Of a stretch of 64,000 nucleotides of DNA, positions 11,701-24,497 are shown piece after piece. The stretch spans positions 3,443,361 to 3,507,360 of the forward strand of contig CM074805.1 in assembly GCA_037447605.1 (NCBI GenBank), written 5' to 3'. The translations under genes were made by a program, and so were the position numbers. The notes under the pieces were generated by a model. The model searched no databases, was not told where the DNA came from, and saw only the letters and a list, made by a program, of their open reading frames with translations. Position 1 is the first letter of the stretch, and every line of letters starts with the position of its first letter. Source of the DNA: Zygnema circumcarinatum SAG 698-1b. Its lineage: Eukaryota > Plantae > Zygnematophyceae.

Positions 11701-14700
11701 CTGTCCTCCATTTCTTCCTCTACTCTCTCCAGTGCCCTTTCAGCTTCCCGTCTGATCCTTGCACAGTCAGCTTCAAATTGCCTTGTCACTTGAGCCCTGA
11801 ACTCCTCTAATCCAGACTGTAGCTCAAGCTGAATTGACTCTGCCTGATTTCTTCTCTCGAATTCAATTAAAGGCAAAGGGTGCTTCTGGGCAACATCTGT
11901 CAGCTTCTCCTTCCTACTCTTCTGCTCAGAGAGTTCACTTCTTCCCAGGAGTTGCGTCTGGTATACGATTACTTCACCTTCACCTTCTTGCAGCCCCTCC
12001 TGCTCTGAAATTGCAGCCAGTCTCTCCACAATACTATCTGACTGCCCGACTTTCTCCGCCCTTAACCTTCGCAATTCTTCCTCCCTCTCTGAAGCGATTT
12101 GATGTCTCAGGTTCATCTCCATAACTCTCCGCGCTTTGTTGTACCTCGCAGCCCTCTCGTTGCCTATCTCTTCTTCCACTTCTGCATCCAGCTTAGCCAT
12201 CTTCTCGTCCCACAAAGCAGCTCTTTCCGCCTCCAAACTCTTGTCCAGGTCCTCTTGTGTCCTTTCCCTCACCTCTTCCTCCAACTTTCTCGTAATCTCC
12301 AGCATTTTCTCTTCTCTAGCTTGTGCCAACTCTTTGCCTAAGTTTTCCTCCATTTCTCTGAGTCTCCGTTTCCTTTCTTCTTCAATTTCCGCATGTAAAG
12401 CCCTCAGCATGCTCTCTCTGCTGCGGCCTATCTCTGTTTCCTGTACTTCCTTGTCTCCCTTTTCAGATGCATCCATCCTGACTCCTCCGGCTGACCGCCG
12501 CAAGTTTTCCTCCTCAATTGCCATCTGCACTCTTTTAGAGAGCTCTTCCTTGAGCTTGCTGTCAATTTCCGCCCGGATTTCCTTCTCCAGTTTCAATCTC
12601 AGCTCCATTTTCATTTCCTCAGAAACTGCCAGCTCCTGTTCGTCTATATTCTGTGTCAGCCTCTCCCTAATTTCAATCCTTTTGTTTTCCATTTGTGTTT
12701 TCTCCTCTTCCATCACAGCCTTTTCCACCCGTGCCATCATCTCATTTCGCATATGTTCTATTTCTCTGCGTTCTCTCTCTTCTATCTCCTTCCTCGCAGA
12801 CGCCAAATGCTCCCTCAGAGCCACCTCCAGGGTCTGCTTTTCTCCCGCTACCCTCACTTGAACTTCACGGAATGCATCCGCCTGTGTCTTTTCCATGCTC
12901 CATATCACACCCTCTGCCTTCCCGAGCCCATTCGGCATGACATCACTGCTCCAACGGCTACTTCCTCGCCTTTGCAAAGCCATCCCCCTTCTATCCTCCT
13001 CTTGGCTGAGTGCATCAACTCTCACCTGCATCTCCTTCCTCTTCTGTACGACAAGGTCGGCCTCTTCACTGGCTATCTGATCAGCCACCCGCATCTCCAT
13101 CTGCTTTCTCAGCTCTTCCAGCTTGGCCCTCTGCTCCCCCTCCATCATCTTCAGCAAAATACTATCACTCAACGTCAGCTTCTGTTCCCCATTGCGGCCT
13201 TCCCTTATCATCTCCCTAGCAGTCGCTAGAAGTTGTCCTTCTTCGTTGGCAATTTTTTCCTTCACTCTATCCTCCATCTCTGCCATCAGCGCCTCTGTAA
13301 TTCGCAATTCTTCCTCTTCCACTCTCAGCCTCACTTTAGCTCGCTGCTGCACTGCAAAATCCCTCCCTTCATTTTCTATCCGTTTCCTTACCCAATCCAC
13401 CACTTTAGCCCTCTCATTTTCCAGAGTCTCTCTCTCCAGGTCCCGCACTCGTCGCTTCACTCTCTCAAACATAGCCATCCGTTCTTCATCTTCTCGCTGT
13501 ATCACCTCGTCCTCCAGCCTCTTCTGAGCTTCGGCGAGCTTCTCCTGCTTCAAGATGCTTGCCTCCTCCTCCACCTCCTTGTCCACTCTCTCGGCCAAAT
13601 CCTTCCTCTTTTGGTCCAACTGAACCTCCTCCTCCTCCGCAACTGCCTCCCCCACTCTGTCCAGCATCTCTAACCGCTCCTGTTGCAGTGCTTTCCTCTC
13701 CTCCTCCACAATTCTCATGCGGATTCTCTCCCGCATCTGCCTCATCAGTGCATCCAACTCTCTCCTCTCCTCTAACTCTACTGTCTTCTCCACACGTTGT
13801 GCCACTTCACGCCTTGCATGTTCCAGCATGCGCACCTCATCTTCCACCACTGCAGCCTTCACACGTGCAATCTGCACACCAAGACGAAGCGCATTGTGAA
13901 ACATTTGCCACTTCACAGATTTCCATTTCCATTATATCCATTCATCAGGCTGCCAAAAATGACTATACATTCCTTCAGGGTTGAGGATTGCATCGGTGCC
14001 ATAAATCAACCGATGTAACAGACGGAAGGAAGACCAGTTGCAGTACAGAGCTCGATGCAAGCCACTCAGGAAAGTCTCAATGACTGAAGGCACACGATTA
14101 AATGTGGATGCTAAGAAATGCAGCCTTATATCAATCCATTCGTTTCCTTTTCTTCACCTGCTCAGCCTCTAGGCTGCCATGGCTCCCGGCTTGGCTGCCT
14201 GCTGCCTGCTCCTGCTCTATGATGGCCTTCCACTGTCTCACCCGTGCCTCCGCCGTACTGCGATTCTGTGCAGCACTGGCAGAGTCCTGCAAGGATTCCA
14301 TCCAAAACACAGCCATTTAGAGCTATCAAGTGGCCAGAATTTTCCCAAAGTCGAAGGCTCTGCCGCTCCCTGCATATTTCTGCAACTATTGCGAACTTTT
14401 CTTCTTCTTTTCTTCTTTTCATGTCTTTCTTTTCTTTCCTTCTTCCTTCCTTTTTCTTCTTCTTTTCTTTTCTTTTCTTTTCTTTTCTTTTCTTTTCTTT
14501 TCTTCATTTCTTTTCTTTCTTCTTTTTTTCTTTCCTTTCCTTTCTTCTTTTTCTTCTTCTATGTAGCATTGCAATTGGATAAACTCCGTGAAACTGACAG
14601 GGCCTCAAATGAAGTGGAGATGCAACACCTCTGCAAAGAAGCGAGGGTCGATGGCCATGCGCTGCCTCTCCAGCGCGAGCTGTGCCCCCAACTCCTCCTG

Positions 14701-17700
14701 AATGCGCGCCATCACGCGCTGTTTCTCGCGCTCTCCCTCCTCCCGCGCTGTGGCCACAGCGATCTCCCGCTCCTGAGCGATAAGGGCACGCCCCTCCTCT
14801 GCCACAATATTGCGTGCGTTTACCAGAGCTCCTGGCTCTAAAGGCTGCTTACACATGAAAGGAAAATCACAGCATGTTATTGGTGCAACCCAAGGAGATA
14901 GAGAAAGGATGGAATGAGAGCACGAGAGGGCAGAGACATTACTCAGCGCAGAAACACAATGGTGAAAGTGCTGGTCACCACATGAGCAAATACAAACAAG
15001 TGAAGAGTGACGTGTTCTCGAGAGCAAAAGACGGAGAGAGGAACCCACATTCCTACAGGTCAGGAAGTCATCACTCGTCTGAGTGGGCTCCCAAATCCTT
15101 GCCAAAACTACAGAATCACCTGCAGTCACCTTTTGGAGAGAAGAGTCGTCCCTCTATAATGTCTAACCTCGACCTAATCATCATAGGCAGGCTAATGCAT
15201 AAGCATTCAGTTTCACAGACAAAGAGCAAACGGTGACGGCTATGCCACACGAGGAATTGACAAAAGTTATAGCCTGACCTGTCCCAGCCTCTCTGCCAGC
15301 TTTGTAATTTCATTCTCCCTCCTTCGCACCAGCTGCTCCCTCTCGTTCTGCAGTTTTGCGAGCCGGACATCGCACTCCGCCTCATACTTTGCCAGCCTCC
15401 TCTGCGATGCAACTGCCACCTCCTGAAGCCGGGCCTCTTCCTGATAGTACAAACACCCCCCCCATACTATTAGGGGCGTATGAGCAGCTCCCGCTCCAAA
15501 ACAAATTTCCATATACAACTTTAGTTAAGATACCTCATGGAAAGTGATAGCCGTCCAACAACGAACCGCCGCATTCCCCTTATCATCATCACTCAGGATG
15601 ATCGAACACGCCTCACATACATTGCGAAACACACAATGAGGGCCAAATGACATGCCTGCACCATAGCAGCACGGTCATCCAGCCGATCTGTCTCTCCCAC
15701 CATCCAGGAGGTAGCCCCCTCCTCTGAGTCTCTCCTCCATTCCCCTCCCCTGACGACCTGCCTCCCCTGAACACAGCAGTGCAAGTGAACACAATGCAAA
15801 TAAACACCAGTTTGGCAGAGCGGCAGACCTGCTTTCTGCACTGACGATGAGCGTGCAACAGTGAAAGGAAGGAGCCAAGAAATCAGCAATTCAGAATTAG
15901 CAAAGCTCACACTCTAAGCTTTTCACAACACTAGACCACTTCCTGTATCTCTAAAGACCACATTCAATTATACAATGCATAAAATAAAAAAGAGTATGCA
16001 CCGCCGTTTCTGCTTTCAACAAATGGGCCAATTAAACTGCAAGGAAACATGCTTCAGGTTCTTACCTGTGTGCCCATTTCCAAGTCTTCCTGCTCTTTCC
16101 TCTGCCTTTCCAGTGCCATTTGTCTCCGACCGTCCTCCAAGTGTCCACCTGCTTCACTCTCCTTCTCTTCCAGGTGTTGCCTTTGCTCTGCCTCCTGCTG
16201 CTGCATGCGCTCAACCCCATGCAAACAAAACACAGACACCATTCCCTCACAGTATAGAATTCAATCTTCGGAAATGAAGTGACTCCTGCACATATCCAGA
16301 GATTTTCTTTTTCCATGGCAACAGGTGGGGTATGTCAACAAATAGTGGACACCAGCAACTACCCTCCTGCGGCATCAAGCTATGCTTACAACATAGACCG
16401 ATCCATCAAGGCAAGACTTCTTGTCCACATGCAAATGCGTAACTCTGTTCTGGTTTTCATTTCCTGCCAGGTCTCCGCGCACACCAGACGATAGCTAAAA
16501 CATTCTCCGAGTACATTTGTGCAACTGCGTGAAAGCAGAGAAAGATAGCAGAATCTCATCTCACCGCGAGATTTTCCATCCCGCGAAGGGATTGAAACTG
16601 TTGTTGCTCCTGCTGCTGTCGTACAATGACTTCTCTTTCTCTGTAAGTAACTTTGTCTGCATGGAAAACAGCAGGGAGGCCAGAAAACATACAAGAGTGT
16701 AAAGTACTGCATTTAACATTCAAGCGTAACAAAGAGTGGAAGACTGAATGGTCTACCCAAAGACGCATTGTTTGAGCATAAGCGATGAGTACCATAGTGG
16801 GATGGAGCAGCCAGAATCGTTCCCAGAGGATTGCCACTTTCCGATCTGCGGAGAGAGTTGGAGACGAGCTTGATTCTCTCCTTTCCACTCTCACTATTCT
16901 GATAAAGTGTCGAGTGGTTTCTTGCATATGCACTTCGCAGAGGGCCCATCTCATCCGTTTCCGAATCTGTCCATTCTCCTGCTATCACAAAAAATGTGGT
17001 AGAAGTCGAGATAAATATCTCAGCGAGCCTCAGACAGATTCTTTCCACAGTGCACGTCTCTAATTGAAACAATGTGCACCAAGACACCACATGTGTACCG
17101 TGTCTAAGTCCTATGCGTAAAAAAGAATTCTGCTAATTAACGTGCTACTTAAACTTGCCTATACTCCTTCAGTTGAGAAGGGCCTGTCCTCGACCACAGA
17201 AACCAATTCATGCTGATTGATAGAGCCGGTGATAGTTTAACCAGCAATGTATCGCTGGCCAAGAAGACACCGCCCTAGAGCAGTACATACAAAGATGTCG
17301 TCCATTACGATCAGAGTGATCCTTCCATGAAATTTTGGTCTGTTTGCTGAAGTACTTTGACTTCCAATTCATTTAGCAATAACGGGGGCTATGGTCTCTT
17401 GTTTTACTACTTTAGACCTGCATGAATTACTTCAGAACAAGGCTTGTTGCTTTCAACCAGACGAGGTTTTTGACAAGTTAGACAACCACAGCACGAAATG
17501 GTATAGCCAGTGTAACAGAAAACGCATTCAAGGTTCATCCAAGATTGTTTAGAAATGCGATCCTTTTTCCTCCCACATGTGAACTCTGGCAGCAATTCCC
17601 TTCACAAACACTCACACAATTCGTTAGTACCTAAACATATCAAGGAAATCAAACAGCTTCCGTCAGACAGGAAATGCTCACCTCTAACTTTTCCCGATGT

Positions 17701-20700
17701 TCTTTGAACATCGGGCGAATCGGGGTTGGACGTTTCTTCAGAGCGAGCCTGTGGTGCAGGAAGCGTGGGCTGGCCATTCTGCTCTCCATCAGATTTACGT
17801 CGCTTCTCCTGCTGCGCCATTTACACAATTGCAGATATGCCCTCATAGATTTGAAATTGGACTCTATCCAAAAACATCGAAGAAGGCCTTTCCAGTATGT
17901 ATTCATGAGACTGACGGTTGGGGACACTTGGCAGCAACTGCTCGTTTACGAAAATACTGGTTGAAACCTTTATGATATGAAGGGCATCTCACAAAGCATT
18001 TAAGGGTGATTGGTAAGGTTTTGGTGAATTCTAACGGGGCATTTCCCTTCTTTTTCCATTCATGGAGTCAAGTTGAACATTATCACTTCAACTAATGTTG
18101 ACTATTAAGGAATAAGGTGATTCGATAACTGTGCGGCATGGGACCTTTGCATATTCAATGTCTTGACCTTGTATCCGGAGAAAGGATGAGAAGTGTAAGT
18201 TGCTCCTTTCCCTGATTACCCTTTCCCATTTTTCCATTTGTTTTTTTTTTTCAGTTCAATTCCCAAGGATTTCCCGTGCACAGTCTGCGCCAAAGCATGG
18301 ACTATCTGCTGATGACATCCTTCGCTGAACTTGAAATTGTGAAGCTCGCTACGCCTTTCCAGTAAGCAAGCTTCTCCAGAAACGGCAATTGCTGCCCAGC
18401 TTAAGCTTTAGAGCAAGCATCAGGCTTTCTTTCACTGAGAGTGGTCTCAGGTATGATGAACCAGGTGGGAGAGATTAGCTAACCTGCTCGGAGCTACGCT
18501 GCTTGCTCAAATGCATTTGTTGCAATGAGACATGTCTTTTCAAAGGCTTTTGTGGTGAGGTATTGCCAGGCTGAGGAGGAAGAGAGATTTGACGAGGTAG
18601 CGACGACCGTGAATCCCACTGCTGCTTGGACTGGGATGCTTGTTGATCCCGCGGACTTGTCGCACGAAGTCTCGCCTTCTCCTCGGTATACAAAGTCCTG
18701 TTGTCATCCAAAAATGTACTGTGAAGACTTGCTCCCCTCTTGAGAAACTGTCCTAGTCTTCAGAAATAATACAAAAATTTTGAAGGCTAATCGAGTTCAT
18801 TACATTGCCAGCTGTAGTAAGTTGTTCGTCACACCCCATGCGCAGGCCCACAGATGGATGAAAGAAAAGAAGCAACACCAACTCCAGATGTTCTGGGAAG
18901 TTATCCATAATCACAGAGGGAAAGTCTGAAAGGAGGCAAATCTTGCATAGCATGGAAACAATGGCCTATGAACCAGACCGTATTTCCTGGCAGTAACACC
19001 TTTCTCATTCCTAGTGGAACCAATCCAAGTTTATTCAGAATAATGACCATACAAAGACGTAATTGGTTTCAAAACCTTATGCCGAATCATTAACCATAGC
19101 CTGCCGACCTCCTCTGTGTACTCTACCGATCAGCATAATACGAACAGCAGCCACAATTTTCCCTCGTTAAGGTTCTCCAATGGCACCTCTGCCCAATCCG
19201 ACCAAAGCTGCCCATTTTCTGCCCCCCCAGTAGCTGTGGCCCACCTTTCCTAAACCGCGACGAAAACCTATCCTATGACTTGCACCCCTTTATGATCACC
19301 TCGTTGCAGCCATCACTCAGCCTAAACGACATTGCTAGTTCCCAAATATCCAATACCAATCTAGCCCAGTATCATCTTCCACACCTGATTCATAAGCAGC
19401 ACCTTAATGTCACTTCACTACATGCCCCGCTGGCAGCCATGACTCTGCATGCCAAATGTCATGTCATTCGTGGCGAATAACAGTCCTGAACATTTTCCTT
19501 TTTGCGCTCTGCATTTTTTTTCTAGGAATTGAACTCTAGCTTCCGACTATGACCATTTTATGCGACTAAACACCACTGAAAGTTCTTTCCCGTACGCCTG
19601 AAACGTGTGTTAAGTTCTACTTTATCTGAACATTTTATGCCTACCAAAAAATGAAAATGGTTGCCCTTTTTTCCCCTGCCAAACTGCCCTCCCCCCTAAA
19701 TGCTTAAGTGTAGGTTGTCAAAGCGCCTTTCACTTACTAGGAGTGACACGCGTGATCATCTACATGGCTTTTTACTTTGCTAGTCAAGGTCAACAAGTAG
19801 TGGTACTTTACTTGCGGCAGAAACAAGGACACCTCATCTATGCTGAAGTCTGGGCAACTGAGGGCTCGAAGAGTCATAATGCATGGACCGACCAGTTGAA
19901 GGGGTGAAAGCTGGAATGAAATGTTGTACCTGAAGTGTTCGTCACAAGGATGGTCCCACACACTCTCTCCAGTAGAAAAATTAAAATAATAAATTTCGTT
20001 CAACTCCGTACGGCTGCTTTCCAGCACAAACCAATACACGTGGGAAAAAATCTTTAATTTGGCTGTGCAGAGTGAGACCCTCAAAACGAAAGCCACCGTG
20101 AATTCAGGCTGCATTCTGAAGTGCAAGTGCTGATACCCAATGCTCGATAGAAATGAGGGCTACCATCCAAACCGCACATGAATCTACAAAAGACGAAAGA
20201 GATATGGCATTCGTTTTCCAAAAGCCTGCTGACCATCAGCATACCCTGCATAATCATCCATGCATATGCTGAACCAGGAAGACGAGAAATGCCGAGCAAT
20301 TGGGACCGGACCATGGCTTCCAGTGATCCGGAAGAGGCGCCTTCAGACCTTCCCGAGCAATCCAGAGAAGGTCATTTTCCTCCGGAATCTCCATTCCCAG
20401 CCATTGAGCATACTCGAGGATATCTGCAATGGGCGAGTCATCTCGCAAACACGAAAATACAAAAAACAGTAAAAAAATGCCTCATAGTGCAAAGTCTCCT
20501 GCTGTTGTCGCAGAAAAGACTCAGCAGGTGGACAGAAAAAAGACTGTGCAAGCCTCCGTACTGACTTTGGCAGTACAAAACCATTCGTATCTTGAAAAAC
20601 GAGGTCGAACTTAAAAGAGGACTCGCAAAGAATCGGATGACCTGTTTGACAAAGCCAATGGCATGTAGTAAAACGAAGGCGTGCCAAATTCTCCAAAGGA

Positions 20701-21364
20701 TCGGGCAAAGTCTACGGTAACATTACACATTGCATTCCAAAACCTTGACCTTCTAAAACATACAGATAACACATGCGGCTGGAAAAGTAGAAAGGCGACA
20801 CAGGTTACAGGTGACATGGTTTGTCAGTGTAGGAAACACTGACAAAACATGATGTTCTTTGCAAATAAATTGATAAGTACTCTGAGTATAGTTGCTAATT
20901 GTCTACTAATACAGCACGACGTCTGTAGCTTTGAGCCTTTATGGACAGAAGTACAACAAAACCTGAACTGTTGAGCATTAAGCCAATCAATTAATAAAAA
21001 ATATATATATATAAACCTGAGCAATAAATCTGAGCCTATTCCAGCTCAATTCGTTCTTCAAAAAATAAACAACCAAAACACTCTCTTTGGCGAAGATAGA
21101 ATATTAAGTAGCACCTAGTTAGTGCCTGTCAGAAAATCTTCCCCGGCTCAATATTTCTAAGTCAGGCTGCCGAGTGAGAATTTGATGTTCCAATTCTAGT
21201 TTCATAAATGTGCATGTTACCCTGCAATACTGTTGCATCTGACGATACTTTTCACAGCGTGCATTATATGGTGCCACAAAGATGAGTCTTAGGCAAGTAC
21301 CTTCATGACTCGGCTCATAGTTTTCATCGATCTCCTCTTCAAGCACCACGCCGGCGTCCCCCAT
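8782..21364 (-). CDS. CEP164: CEP164-like centriolar distal-appendage protein (N-terminal WW region, long coiled coil), about 16 exons, roughly 1,900-2,000 aa
   Basis: Exons 21301-21364, 20312-20423, 19930-20013, 18484-18697 give [32 protein letters not shown]...[58 protein letters not shown], the CEP164 N-terminal/WW signature. Further phase-compatible E/R/Q-rich exons lie at ~17.7-14.1 kb, then a 3.36-kb exon 10515-13871, exon ~10012-10135 ([26 protein letters not shown], resembling the CEP164 C-terminal conserved block) and last exon 8782-9534. Some internal exon edges are approximate. Confidence 0.85.
14395..14560. repeat. Pyrimidine-rich low-complexity tract with (TTTTC)n microsatellite in a CEP164 intron
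   Basis: About 8 perfect TTTTC units at 14463-14502 inside a T/C-only tract. Confidence 0.9.
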
Positions 21365-22027
21365 GCCTTTGCTCTCCTTGGTCGAGGCCAGCTGTCACTC
21401 CCTCAATGCCAGCTTGCTGCTAACAAAATGCCTAGCTCCTGCTTTCGTCCAGAATCACCCTTTAACACCACGCGCCAGCGATGCACCCTCACAAAGGTGA
21501 TTGACGCAGAACTGTCCCTCTCCGACGCCCTCCCTCCATCCCTGCATCTCCCTCTCCCACCTCCTACTGCCCCTTGCCGCTCCTCCCACCGTCTCCGTGT
21601 TCCCCCGTCAGCGGCACGCAGCCATCATCGCCCTAGCCGTCCTGCTTGCGGCCCTCGCCCTTGCAGCGCCCCCCCCTTCCCGTGTCTTCCTCCCTCACCT
21701 GCGCCGAGTGGCGCGGGAGGCAGGCGGGCAGGCCGGCCAGGTGGCGCTCCGCCGGCACTTTATGGGCGACGTCCTCGCACGTGCGGCCATTAGGGCGCGA
21801 GCCGCCCCCATGTGCGCGCGCCCGCCGCCGCCCCGCCCGCCCATGCGCCCATGCGGCCATGCGGCCCGGACCCCATGGCCATGGACGGGCCCATGGGACA
21901 TGGCCCGGGCCATGGCGGCAAAGGGCCGGAATCTTTATTCTACTGCCCGCGGTCCGCGGTCTTCCCCAAAAATGTTATTTTCGCTTAGCGGCCCCGGCGG
22001 AGGGATCGTGGGCCAGGTGGCCCCCCC

Positions 22028-22081
22028 GGGGGAGGGGGGGGGGGGGGGCNNNNNNNNNNGGGGGGGGGGGGGGGGGGGGGG
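22028..22081. other. Poly-G tract containing a 10-N assembly gap (22050-22059)
   Basis: Ns flanked by runs of 15 and 22 G. Confidence 0.95.
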
Positions 22082-22148
22082 CAGCGGCGGTTTGCGGGCA
22101 GGACTGGGTGGGGCAGCGGCGGTTTGCGGGCAGGACTGGGTGGGGCAG
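22081..22148. repeat. Perfect tandem duplication of a 32-bp unit
   Basis: GCAGCGGCGGTTTGCGGGCAGGACTGGGTGGG at 22081-22112 and 22113-22144; next to the gap, so it may be an assembly artefact. Confidence 0.8.
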
Positions 22149-24106
22149 AGGGAAGGTAAATTTTCTGGGACGACACGATCTGGATGGAGTAAATGAAGCA
22201 CGGGGCCCGTACACCGGGCAGCGGCGCAAAAGTCGTTGGCGGTCAACGGGCGGCTCGGGCCCGCCGGAAGGTTTGCCTGCCTGCCCGCCCGCCCGATCGT
22301 TTTTGGGGCAGGGACCCGCGCGGCAGCTTTTGGCGGCTAGCTGGTGGAGGGGACGGGCCGTACGCCGCCGAGCGAACGAGGGGCCGCGCTGCAGGCCGTA
22401 CCGTACCGTTACCGTACTAAAAGGATGCCGTATGGTACCGGTATTGTACGGTATAACGACCGGACCCAGAGGTCCGCCCGAGGACGTGGCTTCCATCACT
22501 GCAGACCGTACTCGCATCCTGCCGTACGATACTGTCGTTTGTGGCGCCACGCGGCAGCTGGATGGGCATGGCGGTACTGTATGGATGGAAGTTCGGCGCT
22601 TTTGCCAGACCGTACAAGTTCGATACGGTAAGGTCGGTCACGTGGCAGTTCTCGCGGTCAGGACGCGGCCGTACCTTTGGCCCGCCCGGGCAGGGCCCCG
22701 CACGTCGTGGCATGGTTGTACAAAACGCAAGTTGCAGGTCTGGCAACCGTACGGCGCAGGCAAGAAAACTGACTCGGATCTACTTTGACCTTGACCGCCA
22801 GATTCGGCCCAGCATACCAATCGCGCGACGAGATTCTGTCCACGTGGCGCACTGTCTGCGGATAATACATTTAAAGCCAGATTTTCTCTGATTCGAAGGA
22901 TAAAGTCGAGATTGTGATCTGGGATTCGTGGACGCGAGGGGATGGATGCACTGGGCCTCTCGCAGTAGCCCGCCCTGCTAGAACAAGAATCAGTACTTCC
23001 ATCCACTGCATCCTTGCATATTTTTATTCACCTCCATTTTGCCAGATACTCTCTTTCCGTTCTCATGTGCCATACAAATGTGAGCTTGCTCGTGATTTGC
23101 TATTGATTCGCGATTAGAGCCGTGGAGCAGATTAACGTGACGTCATTCTCGTCGATTGTTCCACCGCCAATCCACCACCCGTGAAACCGAACATGTTGAG
23201 AAATTGAACAATGTCGCATTTCGCCATAGAAATAGCTTTCCCATTTTTTCTCCATTCCGTCCTCCCCCCATGGATGGCATGGCCCCATGGCCATGGGACA
23301 TGCTTCGACGGCTGCTACCGGGCGAGCCGCGGTGCCTGCCAGCAGGCCCACTCGATGAGTGCCGCTCATAGGCTTTGTTGGTTTCCAGACGTCGTTCGTC
23401 TTCGTTGACAATTAGCGTTGGCGCTAATGCCCGTGCCATGGGGGGCTCGCCCGGCGTCTCGTGGAGCTGTAAGGCGCTGCTGCTGCTGTCGGGGAATCCG
23501 CCACTGCTCGCCAGCGCTGTTCACGCCCCACGAACTCTTTCTCCATGGCCTCCCTTCGCTCCTCTCGCTCTCCTTCCCATTCACCCCCCTTGTCATGGCG
23601 TCCATTGCTGCTCCTGCCCCTCCCTCTGGTTCTTCCTCGCCACCCTCCTCACTTGTTTTTCGCCCTTGGGGGGCTCTCTCGCGGGTTCCTTGTGTTCATT
23701 GCGGGAAATGTCTTGCTTGGGTGCAGGGATGGCTTTGCCCCTTCTCGAACTTTTATTGACCCTTCTCCCCTTCCCTCGTCCTCCATCCCTGTCATGGGCC
23801 CTCTTTGCATATTGGACCAAGCCGGGTAGCTTGGACGTATGATAGGTCTTCGGGGAGAGAGATAGCGAAAGTGGAAAAAACAAAACGAGAGAGAGGCAGT
23901 GAGGGGGAGAGAGACATAGGTAGATATATTGATTGTTGGATAAAAAATTTGGAAAACAGCGCAAGCGGGCTGACGCGTACGAGTGCGCGGCCGCCTGCAC
24001 TCCTACCTCCCCGCGTGCAGACCGCGCCTGCCGCCCGCCCGCCCGGTCACCCGAGAACGGTAGAGCGCGCACCCTGAGGGAGGGCCGCACTTGCGCGCGG
24101 TCTGCC

Positions 24107-24176
24107 CCATGCCATGCCATGCGATGCAATGCCATGCCATGCGATGCCATGCCATGCCATCCGATGCCATGCCATG
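24107..24176. repeat. Degenerate (CCATG)n pentanucleotide array, 14 units, upstream of hydrolase 2
   Basis: ccatg ccatg ccatg cgatg caatg ccatg ... read directly from the sequence. Confidence 0.9.
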
Positions 24177-24497
24177 CGCGCAGAGCGGAACCCACGGGGG
24201 GGCGCTCGCCGGGACCCGGGAGGGTCGGTCGTCCCCTATAGGTCGGTGGCTCTTGCCAGCGTGGCCGTGTCCGCCCAGGTCGTAGGTCGGTGGCGCCGTC
24301 GCAGCAATTTTGAGGGCCAAATTTGTGACGTGGCGGCATGGGAAGTACGGGGCTGCGGAGTGAAGTACTTGCGCGTCCGCAGCGTCCCCGGCGTGTCCTT
24401 GGGAGGACGTGCGCGGACGGGCAGCAAGGGCAGGCAGGCAGAGCCTTGGTTTCCTGCTGGCTGCCGCCTGCTGCAGCACAAGCACTTGTGCAGGGCC

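Noticed and set aside
10523-13984. Plus-strand Ser/Leu-rich ORFs (11029-11793, 12136-12861, 13123-13527 etc.)
   Set aside because: Antisense shadows of the Glu/Arg-rich CEP164 giant exon.
14162-14582. Lys/Arg-rich and Phe-rich ORFs
   Set aside because: Translations of the (TTTTC)n intronic microsatellite.
22081-22148. 32-bp direct repeat (and the 39673-39710 repeats) as a CRISPR array
   Set aside because: No unique spacers, only 2-3 units, no cas genes, eukaryotic nuclear context.
21501-24485. Many long overlapping ORFs on both strands (e.g. 21646-22788, 21975-22550, 23593-24339)
   Set aside because: They are Arg/Gly/Pro/Ala-rich shadows of very GC-rich, repeat-laden intergenic DNA, span an N gap and show no domain motifs.
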